A DNA stretch of 64,000 nucleotides from an uncultured Nakamurella sp. (GTDB lineage Bacteria; Actinomycetota; Actinomycetes; Mycobacteriales; Nakamurellaceae), in assembly GCA_964250735.1 (NCBI GenBank), contig CAXUHA010000011.1:25102-89101 (forward strand). The letters run 5' to 3'. The notes beneath the pieces are model-generated. The model saw only the letters and a list, made by a program, of their open reading frames with translations. It was not told where the DNA came from and searched no databases. Every line of letters begins with the position of its first letter. The stretch's first letter is position 1. A program made the translations under genes and the position numbers. Below, one piece after another: positions 29,447 to 39,360 of this stretch.

Positions 29447-30625
29447 TCAGAACCGCAAACGCCACACCTGACCGGAAGTGTCGAACGGAATGCTGGGTAT
29501 TCCGGCGCCGGTACTGGGCAGCACCGAGAACGCTGACACGAACACGTTGTCGGCGGAATCCACGGCAATCCCGGACGGGAATGGGATATCCATATTGATG
29601 CGGGCGCCACCCTTGATGCGAGTGAGCACCCCCTGCAGTAGAGAGTTCGCCGGGTGCGCTTCGGGTGCGAGCAGCTGGCTGACGTAGATCGCCCCGTCGG
29701 ACCCGACGGCCACGCCCGACACGGAGGTGAACCCCGACCAGACGTTGCGTATGTATCCGCACTGATCCAGCTCGACCACGGAACCTTCTCCCGGAACCAA
29801 GCTCCCCAATGAGCCCACATACACATTGCCCCATCGATCCGTGGCCAGGGAAGTCGGGACGAAGTTGCACCCAGGGAAAGGCGGCGGGTCAGTCTGCTTG
29901 GCGCAAGGCCCGGTCTTGATGTTCGGGAAGACATGGAACACGGAGATATGCCCGAGGCGATCAATACGGAGGATGTCGTTTCCGGCAGCGTCCGCGACCA
30001 GCCATCCACTCCGATAGTTGAGCACCGCATACGGATTGGAATCCACGCCCATATGGTCCGGATCGTGCGCCCTCTCGTAGGCGGTGATATTGGCGATCGG
30101 ATCGATGGGGCCGCCGGCGGCGGCCAGCAGAAGCTGACCGTCACGTTTCCTGGCCGCGGCGGGGGTGGCCGTACCTTGGGTCGTCTCGATCACTGCGATT
30201 CGGTTCAGGGAACGTGCAGCGACTCCATCAGGCCCGGTGGCACTGCCGCCTACCGGCCCCCCTTCGCCGGCCGTCGCCGACGCCGCCGACAGCAGCCCGG
30301 TGATGATCCGATGCGGGGCCTGCTTGTGCGCGATGGCCGGAGCCAGGACGGCGGACACCGAGCCGGTGTAACCAAGCCCTTGTTTGCCCCCTTCTGGGCT
30401 GCTCACGGTGGCTACCGTTCCGCCCCTTCCGGCCTCGGCGATCAGCAGCACGTCATCGTGGACGAGTGAGAGTTGCCGGGGATTGTTCAAACCGGAGACG
30501 ACCACTACTGGAGCACTCCGGTAGGAAGCGGCCGGCGCCGCGGAAGCGGAGACCGCCGAAAGTGGCACGACCAAACCCCCGCACACGGCGGCCGTGCACG
30601 CGCGACGCCAGAACTTACCTGCCAT
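29447..30625 (-). CDS. Secreted ScyD/ScyE-family beta-propeller protein
   Basis: Signal peptide, GLNNPR, IAEAG.GG, DSNPY, VADAAGNDI, VPTSLA...GNVYVG.L. Confidence 0.8.
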   Translation of the reverse strand: MAGKFWRRACTAAVCGGLVVPLSAVSASAAPAASYRSAPVVVVSGLNNPRQLSLVHDDVLLIAEAGRGGTVATVSSPEGGKQGLGYTGSVSAVLAPAIAHKQAPHRIITGLLSAASATAGEGGPVGGSATGPDGVAARSLNRIAVIETTQGTATPAAARKRDGQLLLAAAGGPIDPIANITAYERAHDPDHMGVDSNPYAVLNYRSGWLVADAAGNDILRIDRLGHISVFHVFPNIKTGPCAKQTDPPPFPGCNFVPTSLATDRWGNVYVGSLGSLVPGEGSVVELDQCGYIRNVWSGFTSVSGVAVGSDGAIYVSQLLAPEAHPANSLLQGVLTRIKGGARINMDIPFPSGIAVDSADNVFVSAFSVLPSTGAGIPSIPFDTSGQVWRLRF

Positions 30626-31229
30626 GTCGAGCCCTCCACACCACGTTGTACTGGGAGCCGAGACGATCCCGCGCGCCTGACGGACGACCGTAAACCCTGC
30701 GAACCACCCACACAAGGAGTAACCGGACAATTGGGCTAAATGGGTCATCACCCGTCCGATGGCACGCATCCGACGGATAGGCGATTCGCGGTTTGACCCT
30801 CTTGTCAATAGCCTCAAATTGATTTTACGGTCTATTGAATAATGGCCTGCAGGGTATCTGGCCCGTACCTGATTGCGCACGCACACCGGGGGACAATTCC
30901 TGTGCCAGCTATTCATCGGTGCCGCCCTGGCATCCGCGGCGCCTGGGCGGTCACGAGGTGCACATTGCCCGCGGAAGGTTGCGGCAAGGTCCGTGTGTTC
31001 TTGGCCGCCGCCGCGGACCTTGCCAAAGGGGGGCTAAGACTTGCTCAGTGGCGTGGTGTTCTGGATCGTGGGTTTGGTCGGTCCGGGTCAAGGCCAGTTC
31101 CAGCTGATGCGACGTCCCGCGCCCACGAGGGCAACTGCACAGGTATAGCGTTCGACTCTGAATAAATCGAGCACCGCGAACAGCGGCGGGCCCGGCAGGA
31201 AGGTGCTGAGAATGGAAAAGGTGCTGAGA

Positions 31230-31613
31230 ATGGACTCGTGGCCGAGTGGTATCTCCGCCATCACCTTGTTCGTTGACGACCTGCCGTCGGCGAAGCGTTT
31301 CTACCAAGAGGTGTTCGGCCTTCCCGTGACGTTCGAGGACGGTCAATCGGCTGTGTTCAGCTTCGGGAACACCGTGGTCAATCTGCTCCAGACTGCATCG
31401 GCTCACGGGCTCATCGACCCGGCTTTGGTGTCGAGTGTTGAGGCCGGGTCCCGGCTTCAGCTCACGATCGAGGTGGAGGACGTCGACGTGATGTGCGAGG
31501 AACTCGCGAAACGCGGAGTTGAACTGCTGAACGGCCCGATGGACCGGCCCTGGGGCATCCGCACGGCCAGCTTCCGCGATCCAGGCGGACACATCTGGGA
31601 GATCGCGCATTAG
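31230..31613 (+). CDS. VOC/glyoxalase-family protein
   Basis: ITLFVDDL...KRFY..VFG, VEDVD, DRPWGIRTASFRDPGGHIWE. Confidence 0.92.
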   Translation: MDSWPSGISAITLFVDDLPSAKRFYQEVFGLPVTFEDGQSAVFSFGNTVVNLLQTASAHGLIDPALVSSVEAGSRLQLTIEVEDVDVMCEELAKRGVELLNGPMDRPWGIRTASFRDPGGHIWEIAH

Positions 31614-31739
31614 CACCACTCCGCATCCCTGACCTTGTGCAGCGGGTGATCGCGTCGTCGCGGTGCTGGAGTGGGGCCCGGGGGGCTTCATCCGATGTCC
31701 CGAAGCCGTCGCTCGGTGCGGCGACCCGGGCGCCGGACA

Positions 31740-32645
31740 TCACCTGAACGGGCGGGCCCGTCCGTCGATGACCTGAAGTAGGTTGTCCAGGCGCCGTTTT
31801 CCCTCGTCTGCCAGGTAGGCCTTCCGGTCCGACTGGCTCAGCCCGACCGTGTCCTTCCAGATCGACCGACCGGCGATGAAACCGCTGGTTCCGCCTTCAT
31901 CGCAGCAGACCCGCAGTACGTCGGCGAACTGCGCGAAGTCGACCCCCGCGGACAGGACCGCCCAGGGCACGTCCAATGCGTCGACCAGCCGGCGGCATGC
32001 TGCCGGGCTACCGGGGTACTCCAGCTTGATCAGGTCCGGCTTGAGGTCGTTGATCAGCACGGCGGCCTCGATGATGCGGTCGGCCCGCTGCTCGGGCGTG
32101 GGCGCCTGCTCGCCGGCCAGGGGGAAGATGAGGTTTTCGATCACCGACGGGATGCCGACCCGCCGGCAGTCGGCGACGACCTCGCGGACGATGGTCATGA
32201 TCTCTTGGGTGGTGTCGGGCTCACCCGGCCCGGCCGGCCGGTCGGCGCGGAGTTGAACGAAGAACTTCAGCGCCGTCGCTCCGGAGTCCTTGACCCACTG
32301 GGCATTCAGGGCCGGGTCGCGGTGCGTGCGTGGTTCACCGTTGATGGTCGTCCGCTCGGCCGGTTCGGCGGCCAGCAACACGCCGTAGGCCGGGCCCTCC
32401 AGGGGCAGCGATGCGATGGCCGGGATGCCGAAGGTGGGGTCGAGCAGGAAGGCGGAAGCCGTGCCGCGCAACGCCTGGACGGTGTCCGCTTTGATCTGGG
32501 TCAATTCTTCGTCGCTGGGATCCGGGATGCCCACGGCGTGGTACATCCGCTTGAGGGTGTTGCGTTGGTCCATGGCCACGATGGCGAACGTGTTCTGTTC
32601 GGTGGCGATGTCGGCCAGTGTCGTGACGGCAGTCGTCTCGCTCAT
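31740..32645 (-). CDS. LacD/YihT-type class I ketose-phosphate aldolase
   Basis: FAIVAMDQR, SAFLLDP, DLIKLEYP (Schiff-base Lys), WAVLSAG, GFIAGRSIW. Confidence 0.85.
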   Translation of the reverse strand: MSETTAVTTLADIATEQNTFAIVAMDQRNTLKRMYHAVGIPDPSDEELTQIKADTVQALRGTASAFLLDPTFGIPAIASLPLEGPAYGVLLAAEPAERTTINGEPRTHRDPALNAQWVKDSGATALKFFVQLRADRPAGPGEPDTTQEIMTIVREVVADCRRVGIPSVIENLIFPLAGEQAPTPEQRADRIIEAAVLINDLKPDLIKLEYPGSPAACRRLVDALDVPWAVLSAGVDFAQFADVLRVCCDEGGTSGFIAGRSIWKDTVGLSQSDRKAYLADEGKRRLDNLLQVIDGRARPFR

Positions 32646-34138
32646 GAAGTGATCTCCTGGGGTTGGGGGCGGCGAATGGACAGCGCCGAACGAATGGGGG
32701 TGCCGCTGAACTCGGCGGCGAATTGCGGGCTGGGGCCGGTGGGTCGGTCGATCGCAACCGCTGCGGGATCCCCGGCGGCGGCCAACTGGTCGGCGCGGGT
32801 GACGGCATGGGCGGCGAACAGCGCCGCTCCGAACGCGCCGGCCTGGGTCCGCTCGGAGAATCGCACGTTGGGCAGGGATCGCTGTTTGGCGACCCGCACC
32901 GATCGCATGCGACTCCACCCGCCGGCCACCACGGTGGCGCCGGCCGGGCCGACGGCCCGCACCATGTGGGCCAGGCACAGCCCGGCCTCGTCGACGGCGT
33001 GGTCAATGGTGGCCTGCCACAGGGCAGCGGGGGTGACGTCGTCGGCGGTGGCGCTGATCAACAGGGTCCCGTCGTCGTTGGCGGCGCCGCGGACCTCGAT
33101 CCCGGTCAGGGGCCCGTCCTGGCGGCCGTTCAGCACGGCAACTTCGTGATCGAGGCGATCGCGGCCTTCAGCGTCGTCGGCGCCGAGAAGTCGAAGGGTT
33201 CGGCGCAGGATCAGGCCGGCCTTCGTGCCGCCGAGCAGAACACGTCTGTTGTCCAGGACGTGGTGAACGGTATCGATGCCGTGCTCGGCCAGGAGGGCTC
33301 GGGCCTGGAAGTCCAGCCGCCCGGGCACCGTCTGGACGAGCGCTTCCGCGGTGCCGAAGGAGTCGAAAAGCTCGTCCGCGCCCACCACGCCGCAGCCGAC
33401 GGCGGCGACGAGGTGGTCGTGCCCGGCAACCGTCAACACCGCGCCGTGCAGGACGGCCGGAACGTGGCCATGAGCATGACCGGCCCGGCCCAACGGGGTC
33501 CCGGCCACGACGCGGTCCGGAATCAGCGCCGCGGGGGCGCCCACCGCTGCCAGCGCCGCCGGCCACGGCATGTCGGAGTCCTGGTCGAGCAGGCCGGTCC
33601 GGGCCAGCAGTGACATCTCGGTGGCCTTGACCCCGCCCAGTCGGTGGACGACGTATTCAGCCACGTTCAGCCAGCGTGTGCCGGCGAAATCCGCACCCTG
33701 CGCGCGCATCCACGCCAATTTGGCCACCGTGGCGATGGGCGAGAGGGGCAGACCGGTTCGACCGCAGAACATCTCCCGGACGTCAAGGGGGAACCGACGG
33801 ATCTCCTCGTCACCGCGGGGGTCGAACCAGGCGATGATCGGAAATCGCGGGCGGCCGTCCGCGGCGAGCAGAACGCCGGCCTCGCCCATGCTGGTGACGC
33901 CGATGCCGGCCACCCGGACCGGCCCGATCCGATCCTGCGTCGTGTCGACGGCCCGCTCGAGCAGGTCGATCACGGTGTCGGCGAGCAGGTCGGCGGACAT
34001 TTCGGTGAAGCGCCCCGAGTGGGTGGTCCATCGACTCGGCGCTGACACGGAGAGGATCTCCTCACCGGACACGGTGGTGACCAACACCTTCGAATCGGTG
34101 GTACCGACGTCGGTGCCCAGCAGGATCTGCGTGATCAT
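32642..34138 (-). CDS. FGGY-family carbohydrate kinase
   Basis: GTDVGTT..K, SMGEAGV, IAWFDPR, AGHDH, DSFGTAE; ATGA overlaps on both sides. Confidence 0.9.
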   Translation of the reverse strand: MITQILLGTDVGTTDSKVLVTTVSGEEILSVSAPSRWTTHSGRFTEMSADLLADTVIDLLERAVDTTQDRIGPVRVAGIGVTSMGEAGVLLAADGRPRFPIIAWFDPRGDEEIRRFPLDVREMFCGRTGLPLSPIATVAKLAWMRAQGADFAGTRWLNVAEYVVHRLGGVKATEMSLLARTGLLDQDSDMPWPAALAAVGAPAALIPDRVVAGTPLGRAGHAHGHVPAVLHGAVLTVAGHDHLVAAVGCGVVGADELFDSFGTAEALVQTVPGRLDFQARALLAEHGIDTVHHVLDNRRVLLGGTKAGLILRRTLRLLGADDAEGRDRLDHEVAVLNGRQDGPLTGIEVRGAANDDGTLLISATADDVTPAALWQATIDHAVDEAGLCLAHMVRAVGPAGATVVAGGWSRMRSVRVAKQRSLPNVRFSERTQAGAFGAALFAAHAVTRADQLAAAGDPAAVAIDRPTGPSPQFAAEFSGTPIRSALSIRRPQPQEITS

Positions 34139-35184
34139 GTCTGACCAAGGATTCCGGCCGTTTCCGGCCAGCCGGCCCCGGGGCGACACACCAGAGCGTC
34201 GACCGGCCCGCGGACCTGCCAGTCGCCGAACTCGAATGGCACCGCGAAAACCTGCCCCCGGGACACCGCAACGGTGCCCTCACCGGTGATCTCACCGTCA
34301 CCGCCGAGTACCACCAGGACCGCGAACCCGGCCGGGATGTCGACCACGCCCGTCGCAGTGGGGCCGGCCAGGGCCAACCGGAAGAAAGGGTCGGCCTCGT
34401 CGGGCAACAACGGTTCGAGCCTTTCCGCGCGGGTCGACGGGTCGGTGTGCCGGATCAGGGATCGCAACCTGCTGTCGTCGAATGCCTGGTGGTTCAGGGC
34501 GGTCAGGGCGGTCTCGAAACCGAGACCGAGATGGGACTCCTCACGGCTGGAGGTGGTGACCGACCATTCCAGCAGGATCGACTGGTCGGTCGGCTCCTGG
34601 ACCTCCGCGACGAACACGCCGGCGCCGATGGCGTGAGCCGTCCCGGCCGGGACGAGGATTCCGTCCCCGGGGCGAACCGCGACGCGGTGCATCCGGCCGA
34701 GCATCCAGTCGCTGTCCTGGGCATCCACCCGGGAGGCCAGTTCGGCCGGCTCAACGTCCTGCACCCAGCCCAACCAGATGCTCGGTTCGTCGCCGTCGGT
34801 GGCCAGGACGTACCACGCCTCGGTCTTGCCGTAGGGACAGTCCAGGTGGGCGACGGCAAACGGGCGGTCCGGATGGACGTGGACCGGCAACCGCTGCGCC
34901 GGATCGAGAAGTTTGACCAGCAGCCCGTTGTCGCCCGCGCCGTGCGGCGCGACCGCCGACCCGATCCAACCGAGCCGGTCGGCCGCGATGACGTCGCGCA
35001 ACAGGACCCCGGCCGCGGTGGGGCTCAAGCCGATGTCGCCTTCTCCGGCACGCGCATTCGTTGCGGCCAGCCATTCTTCGGGCCGGTACGGGTTGGGCAG
35101 GTCGACGCCGCGCAGGTCGGCGATCCGGGACCCTCCCCGGTAGAAATGGTCGATGATGTTGGGGGGCATCAACAGTGGCTTCAC
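34135..35184 (-). CDS. Class I mannose-6-phosphate isomerase-like cupin
   Basis: LLVKLLD..QRLPVHVHP, GKTEAW, VPAGTAHAIG, EVQEPTD. Confidence 0.85.
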   Translation of the reverse strand: MKPLLMPPNIIDHFYRGGSRIADLRGVDLPNPYRPEEWLAATNARAGEGDIGLSPTAAGVLLRDVIAADRLGWIGSAVAPHGAGDNGLLVKLLDPAQRLPVHVHPDRPFAVAHLDCPYGKTEAWYVLATDGDEPSIWLGWVQDVEPAELASRVDAQDSDWMLGRMHRVAVRPGDGILVPAGTAHAIGAGVFVAEVQEPTDQSILLEWSVTTSSREESHLGLGFETALTALNHQAFDDSRLRSLIRHTDPSTRAERLEPLLPDEADPFFRLALAGPTATGVVDIPAGFAVLVVLGGDGEITGEGTVAVSRGQVFAVPFEFGDWQVRGPVDALVCRPGAGWPETAGILGQT

Positions 35185-35227
35185 GGTCGTGGTTCTCCTG
35201 ATCCTTCGTCGACGGTTCGGCCCCGGC

Positions 35228-35956
35228 TCATCGGATGGTGTATCCGCCGTCGATGGGCAGCGACACGCCGCTGATCATCGACGAGGCGTCGCTCAGCAGG
35301 AAGACGATGGGGCCGGCGATATCGTCCTCGGTGGCCCAGCGGTGCAATGGCATCGCCTCGAGAAACGGGCCCTCGATCTCCGGGCGCCCCCAGTACCATG
35401 CCGACATCGGCGTCATCACCACGGTCGGGTTGACGCTGTTGACCCTGACGTTGTACTGACCCAGTTCCAGCGCCGACACCCGGGTGATGTTGTCCAGAGC
35501 GGCTTTTGACGATCCGTAGGAGATGTGACCGGGCAGCGCGACCAGCCCGGCCTGGCTGGACACGTTGACGATGGATCCGCCCCGGGCCAACCGGATGAGG
35601 CTTCGGGCCGCATACTTGATGACCAGCAGGGACCCGCGGGTGTTGATCGAGATGACCTGGTCGAACACGTCGATGTCGGTCTCCTGGGGAGTGGCGATCT
35701 CGCCGCCGAATCCCGCGCAGTTCACCACGCCCCACAGGTCAAGGCCGTCGACCGCGCCTCGAACGCTCTCCTCCGACGTGAGGTCGAAAACGACCGACCG
35801 TGCGCCGGTCTCGGTGGTGATGGACTCGATAGAATCCTCGGTGCGTCCGGCGGCGATCACGTCGGCACCCTTGGCGACCAGTTGCCTGACGGTCGCACCG
35901 CCGATACCACCCCCTGCGCCGGTGACCAGAATGGTGCGACCTTCGAATTCACTCAT
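35228..35956 (-). CDS. SDR oxidoreductase, L-xylulose/erythrulose reductase (DCXR)-like
   Basis: TGAGGGIG, NVSSQA, YGSSKAALD, ELG...RVNSVNPTVVMTPM. Confidence 0.85.
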   Translation of the reverse strand: MSEFEGRTILVTGAGGGIGGATVRQLVAKGADVIAAGRTEDSIESITTETGARSVVFDLTSEESVRGAVDGLDLWGVVNCAGFGGEIATPQETDIDVFDQVISINTRGSLLVIKYAARSLIRLARGGSIVNVSSQAGLVALPGHISYGSSKAALDNITRVSALELGQYNVRVNSVNPTVVMTPMSAWYWGRPEIEGPFLEAMPLHRWATEDDIAGPIVFLLSDASSMISGVSLPIDGGYTIR

Positions 35957-36986
35957 CCGGCGTCTCCTTCATCACAGGAATGGGCGGCTGCATACGGTGT
36001 GGGCCGGCGCTGGACTGCCTGACCAACAACGTCACCGGCAGAACGATCTGACGCTTGAGGCGACGCCGGGGACCGTCGATACGGTCGAAAAGTCGATGCA
36101 CCGCGGTGACCCCCAGCAATACCGGATCCTGATCCACCACGCTGACCGTCGGCTGCAGCGAATCGGCCATCGGGAAGTCGCCGAAACTCACGAATCCGAT
36201 GTCGGTCCGTCCCCGGGCGTGCAGGTGGGAAACCAGTCGAAGGGACATCTGCGAGTTGGACGAGAAGATGGCGGTGGGCGGATCGGGCAGGGCGAGCAGA
36301 CCGGAGACCGTACGGGCCCCGAATTCCCGGTCGTCGTGGTCGAACACTTCCAAAGCCGGGTCGCAGCCCAGTCCGCGGTCGGTCAACGCTGACCGGTAAC
36401 CCTCCAGCCGACGCCGGGGGGTGTCCACCGCCAACCCGTTGCCCACGAAAGCGACCCGGCGGTGGCCGCCGTCCAGCAGCTCCAGGGTGGCACTCCGCGC
36501 TCCGGCCACGTCGTCCTGCAGGACACTGTCGGCGACGACGCGGTGCGGCGGCCGGTCGACGAACACCACCTGGGTCCGTTGCTGCCAGGGTCGGATGTAG
36601 CGATGGTCGAGGGACGTGGGCGCGATGATCAAGCCGGAGATGTGACGGTGCAGAAGCGCTTCGACGGCGGACTGCTCTTCGTCCGGGCGATCGCCCAGAT
36701 TGATGATCAGAACGGCGGTCCGGCGGGCGTGGGCCTCGTCGGCGACCGCCTGGACCACGGCACTGAAAAAGGAATCGGCCAGACTGGGCACAGCGATCCC
36801 GATTGCATTGTCCCGCCCGTTCCGGAAGGCCTGGGACAGCATGTTGGGGACGTATTGCAGCTCGTCCACGGCCCGCTGCACCCGCCGGCGAACATCGTCG
36901 GACACGTAACGGTCGCCGTTGATGACGCGGGAGACGGTCTTGCCGCTGACACCGGCCAGCGCAGCCACCTCGCGCATCGTCGCCAA
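35949..36986 (-). CDS. LacI-family transcriptional regulator
   Basis: TMREVAALAGVSGKTVSRVIN, YVPN, RRLEGY. Confidence 0.95.
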   Translation of the reverse strand: MATMREVAALAGVSGKTVSRVINGDRYVSDDVRRRVQRAVDELQYVPNMLSQAFRNGRDNAIGIAVPSLADSFFSAVVQAVADEAHARRTAVLIINLGDRPDEEQSAVEALLHRHISGLIIAPTSLDHRYIRPWQQRTQVVFVDRPPHRVVADSVLQDDVAGARSATLELLDGGHRRVAFVGNGLAVDTPRRRLEGYRSALTDRGLGCDPALEVFDHDDREFGARTVSGLLALPDPPTAIFSSNSQMSLRLVSHLHARGRTDIGFVSFGDFPMADSLQPTVSVVDQDPVLLGVTAVHRLFDRIDGPRRRLKRQIVLPVTLLVRQSSAGPHRMQPPIPVMKETPDE

Positions 36987-37022
36987 GTGAGCAGCTCCCT
37001 CGGTAGGTCATCTCGCCGAGTA

Positions 37023-37182
37023 TGTCATCGGTGTCAGCTTCAGCGCAATGTCACTCTGTCCCCGGTGTCAGATATTGTAGAGGCTACTCTGTAGTTACGA
37101 TACGGTCACGGTTTCCCCGGGTCGGAAAGAATTATCTGTCACCGGTGACAGCGGGTCTTGACAGGACATTGCCACGGTGGCA
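37023..37182. promoter_or_regulatory. Cluster of LacI-type operators in the divergent promoter
   Basis: Perfect CTGTCACCGGTGACAG (37136-37151); variants TGTCATCGGTGTCA (37023), TGTCCCCGGTGTCA (37057), TGCCACGGTGGCA (37170). Confidence 0.8.
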
Positions 37183-37437
37183 CTGTCAATTCTCACGCGC
37201 CCCAGGAGCGCTCCGTCGATCGCACGATGGTGGGCAAGAAGGTTCGCTCCCGCCGGCGTGCGTGGGGATGCAGCACCGGTGAGAGCGGTTGCGGTGCGAG
37301 AGCCCTGGGTAGTGGATGCCAATGTCGGCCTGGCCGCCGGCGTGTACGGGACGGAGGCCTGGGCCCATGAGTGCAGCCCCCGGACTCCGCCTCATCCGCA
37401 GCGTGATCCTCATTCCTCGACTGGAAGGAAGCAGGGC

Positions 37438-37506
37438 ATGAACAGACCACACCGGCGAGCTCATCCGGCCGGAACGCACATCTGCGTCGGAGTCCGGGCG
37501 CAATGA
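37438..37506 (+). CDS. Possible 22-aa upstream ORF coupled to the ABC ATPase start
   Basis: GGAAGGAAG, then ATG 37438; MNRPHRRAHPAGTHICVGVRAQ; its TGA overlaps ATG 37503. Confidence 0.3.
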   Translation: MNRPHRRAHPAGTHICVGVRAQ

Positions 37507-38309
37507 CCGCCACCCCGGCGAGTACCGCCGCCGGCACACCGATCCTGAAGGCGACCGGCCTGACCAGGAGCTTTGGGCACGTCCGGGCGCTGGACCATGC
37601 CGACTTCGACATCTACCCCGGTGAAGTGGTGGCCCTGATCGGCGACAACGGCGCCGGCAAATCCACCATGGTGAAAGCGCTGTCCGGCAATCTCCAGCTG
37701 GATTCCGGGGAGATCGAATTCGAAGGACGGCCGGTCGAGTTGAGCTCTCCGCAACAGGCGGCCGCCTTGGGCATGGAGGTCGTCTACCAGGATCTCGCAC
37801 TGGCTCCACATCTGGATCCCTGCCAGAACGTGTTCCTGGGTCGGGAGATCTCGGCCAAGGGAGCATTGGGCATGTTCGGGTTCATGGACAACCGGGCGAT
37901 GCGTCAGCAGTCCCGAAAGTTCTTCGACGAGTTGGGCGCCACCGTCCGGTCGCTGACCACACCGGTCGGGTCGATGTCCGGCGGCCAGCGGCAGGGCATC
38001 GCCATCGCCAGGGCCATCGCGTGGGCCAGCAAGATGGTGTTCCTCGACGAGCCCACCGCGGCGCTCGGCGTGGTGCAGACCAAGAACGTACTGGAGACGA
38101 TCAAGCGGGTCCGGGACAAGGGCATCGCCGTGGTATTGATCTCCCACTCCATGCCCCATGTGCTGGAAGTGGCCGATCGGGTACAGGTGATGCGGCTCGG
38201 TCGCCGGGTCGCGGTCTACCAGGGGTCGGAGACCTCCGTCGAACAGCTCGTCGGCGCCATGACCGGTGCCCTGGACGTCATTCCCACCGGAAAAGGATCA
38301 GCAGCATGA
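37503..38309 (+). CDS. Sugar ABC transporter ATP-binding protein (single domain)
   Basis: GDNGAGKST, VYQDLAL, MSGGQRQ, LDEPTAALG, ISH. Confidence 0.95.
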   Translation: MTATPASTAAGTPILKATGLTRSFGHVRALDHADFDIYPGEVVALIGDNGAGKSTMVKALSGNLQLDSGEIEFEGRPVELSSPQQAAALGMEVVYQDLALAPHLDPCQNVFLGREISAKGALGMFGFMDNRAMRQQSRKFFDELGATVRSLTTPVGSMSGGQRQGIAIARAIAWASKMVFLDEPTAALGVVQTKNVLETIKRVRDKGIAVVLISHSMPHVLEVADRVQVMRLGRRVAVYQGSETSVEQLVGAMTGALDVIPTGKGSAA

Positions 38310-39349
38310 GCAGCGACGTGGCAGCCAGATCGGAAGCGGCAGTAGTCGATACGGGCGGGGATCCGGAAGAACCGTTCTGGAAGCGACTGGTCAATTTCCA
38401 GTCGGTCTGGATCCTGGGTGTTCTGGTCATCATCGTCGCATTCTTCGCGATCAAGGCCGGGGGCAAGTTCTTCTCCGGCAGCAATTTTTCCACCATCAGC
38501 CAGAACGTCTCCATTCTGGCGGTGATCGGTGTCGGCATGACGTTCGTGATCGTCACCTCCGGAATCGACCTGTCGGTCGGTTCGGTGCTGATCTTCTCCT
38601 CCGTGATTTCCGCCAAGGTCATGCTCGCGGTCGGCGGTGACAACACCGGAGTGCTCTTGATCGGGCTGCTCGCGGCCCTGGTCACCGGAACACTGTGGGG
38701 ATTGCTGAACGGGTATCTGGTGGCCGTCTCCCGCGTCCCACCGTTGATCGTCACCCTCGGCACGCTCTCGCTCGCCTTGGCCCTGGCCCAGGTCATCACC
38801 AACGCCCTGGACGTGGGCGTCAACGCGACCAGCCTCACCGACATCGGACAGTACGACAAGATCGTCGGTGTCCCGGCCATCTCCTTCATCGCACTGGTGG
38901 TGGTGCTGATCGGCGGGATCGCTCTGCACCGCACCAAGTTCGGGCTCTACACCTTCGCGGTCGGGTCGAACGAGGAAGCCGCCCAGCGGGTCGGGGTGAA
39001 AACCAAGCGGCACCTGATCGCCGTCTACGCGCTGTCCGGATTCCTGGCCGGTCTTGGCGCGATCATGTATCTCTCGCAGTTCGGCACCACCAGCATCGGC
39101 GGCCTGAGTCTGCTCAACCTGAATGCGATCTCGGCGGTGGTCATCGGCGGCACCTCGATCTTCGGCGGCCAGGGCTCGATGTTCGGCACCGTGGTCGGGC
39201 TGTTCATTCCGGCGGTGCTCCAGGCCGGCTTCGTCATCATCGGCGTCTCCCCGTATTGGCAGGGCGCGGCGTTGGGAGCTGTGCTCATCGCCGCGGTGTA
39301 TGTGGACCAGACCCGCAGGGCAGCCGCCCAACGGGGATCGAAGAAATGA
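38306..39349 (+). CDS. Sugar ABC transporter permease (RbsC-like)
   Basis: GIDLSVG, PPLIVTLG, GSNEEAA, AVVIGGTS.FGG.G. Confidence 0.95.
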   Translation: MSSDVAARSEAAVVDTGGDPEEPFWKRLVNFQSVWILGVLVIIVAFFAIKAGGKFFSGSNFSTISQNVSILAVIGVGMTFVIVTSGIDLSVGSVLIFSSVISAKVMLAVGGDNTGVLLIGLLAALVTGTLWGLLNGYLVAVSRVPPLIVTLGTLSLALALAQVITNALDVGVNATSLTDIGQYDKIVGVPAISFIALVVVLIGGIALHRTKFGLYTFAVGSNEEAAQRVGVKTKRHLIAVYALSGFLAGLGAIMYLSQFGTTSIGGLSLLNLNAISAVVIGGTSIFGGQGSMFGTVVGLFIPAVLQAGFVIIGVSPYWQGAALGAVLIAAVYVDQTRRAAAQRGSKK

Positions 39350-39360
39350 AAGGAATCGCA

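Noticed and set aside
29447-30625. Scytonemin biosynthesis
   Set aside because: Only a lone ScyD/E-family gene is present, with no scyABC or aromatic pathway genes.
31740-35956. Canonical sulfoglycolysis or tagatose-6-phosphate pathway
   Set aside because: No sulfoquinovosidase, YihS-type isomerase or LacAB, and no PfkB kinase in the operon; the kinase is FGGY type.
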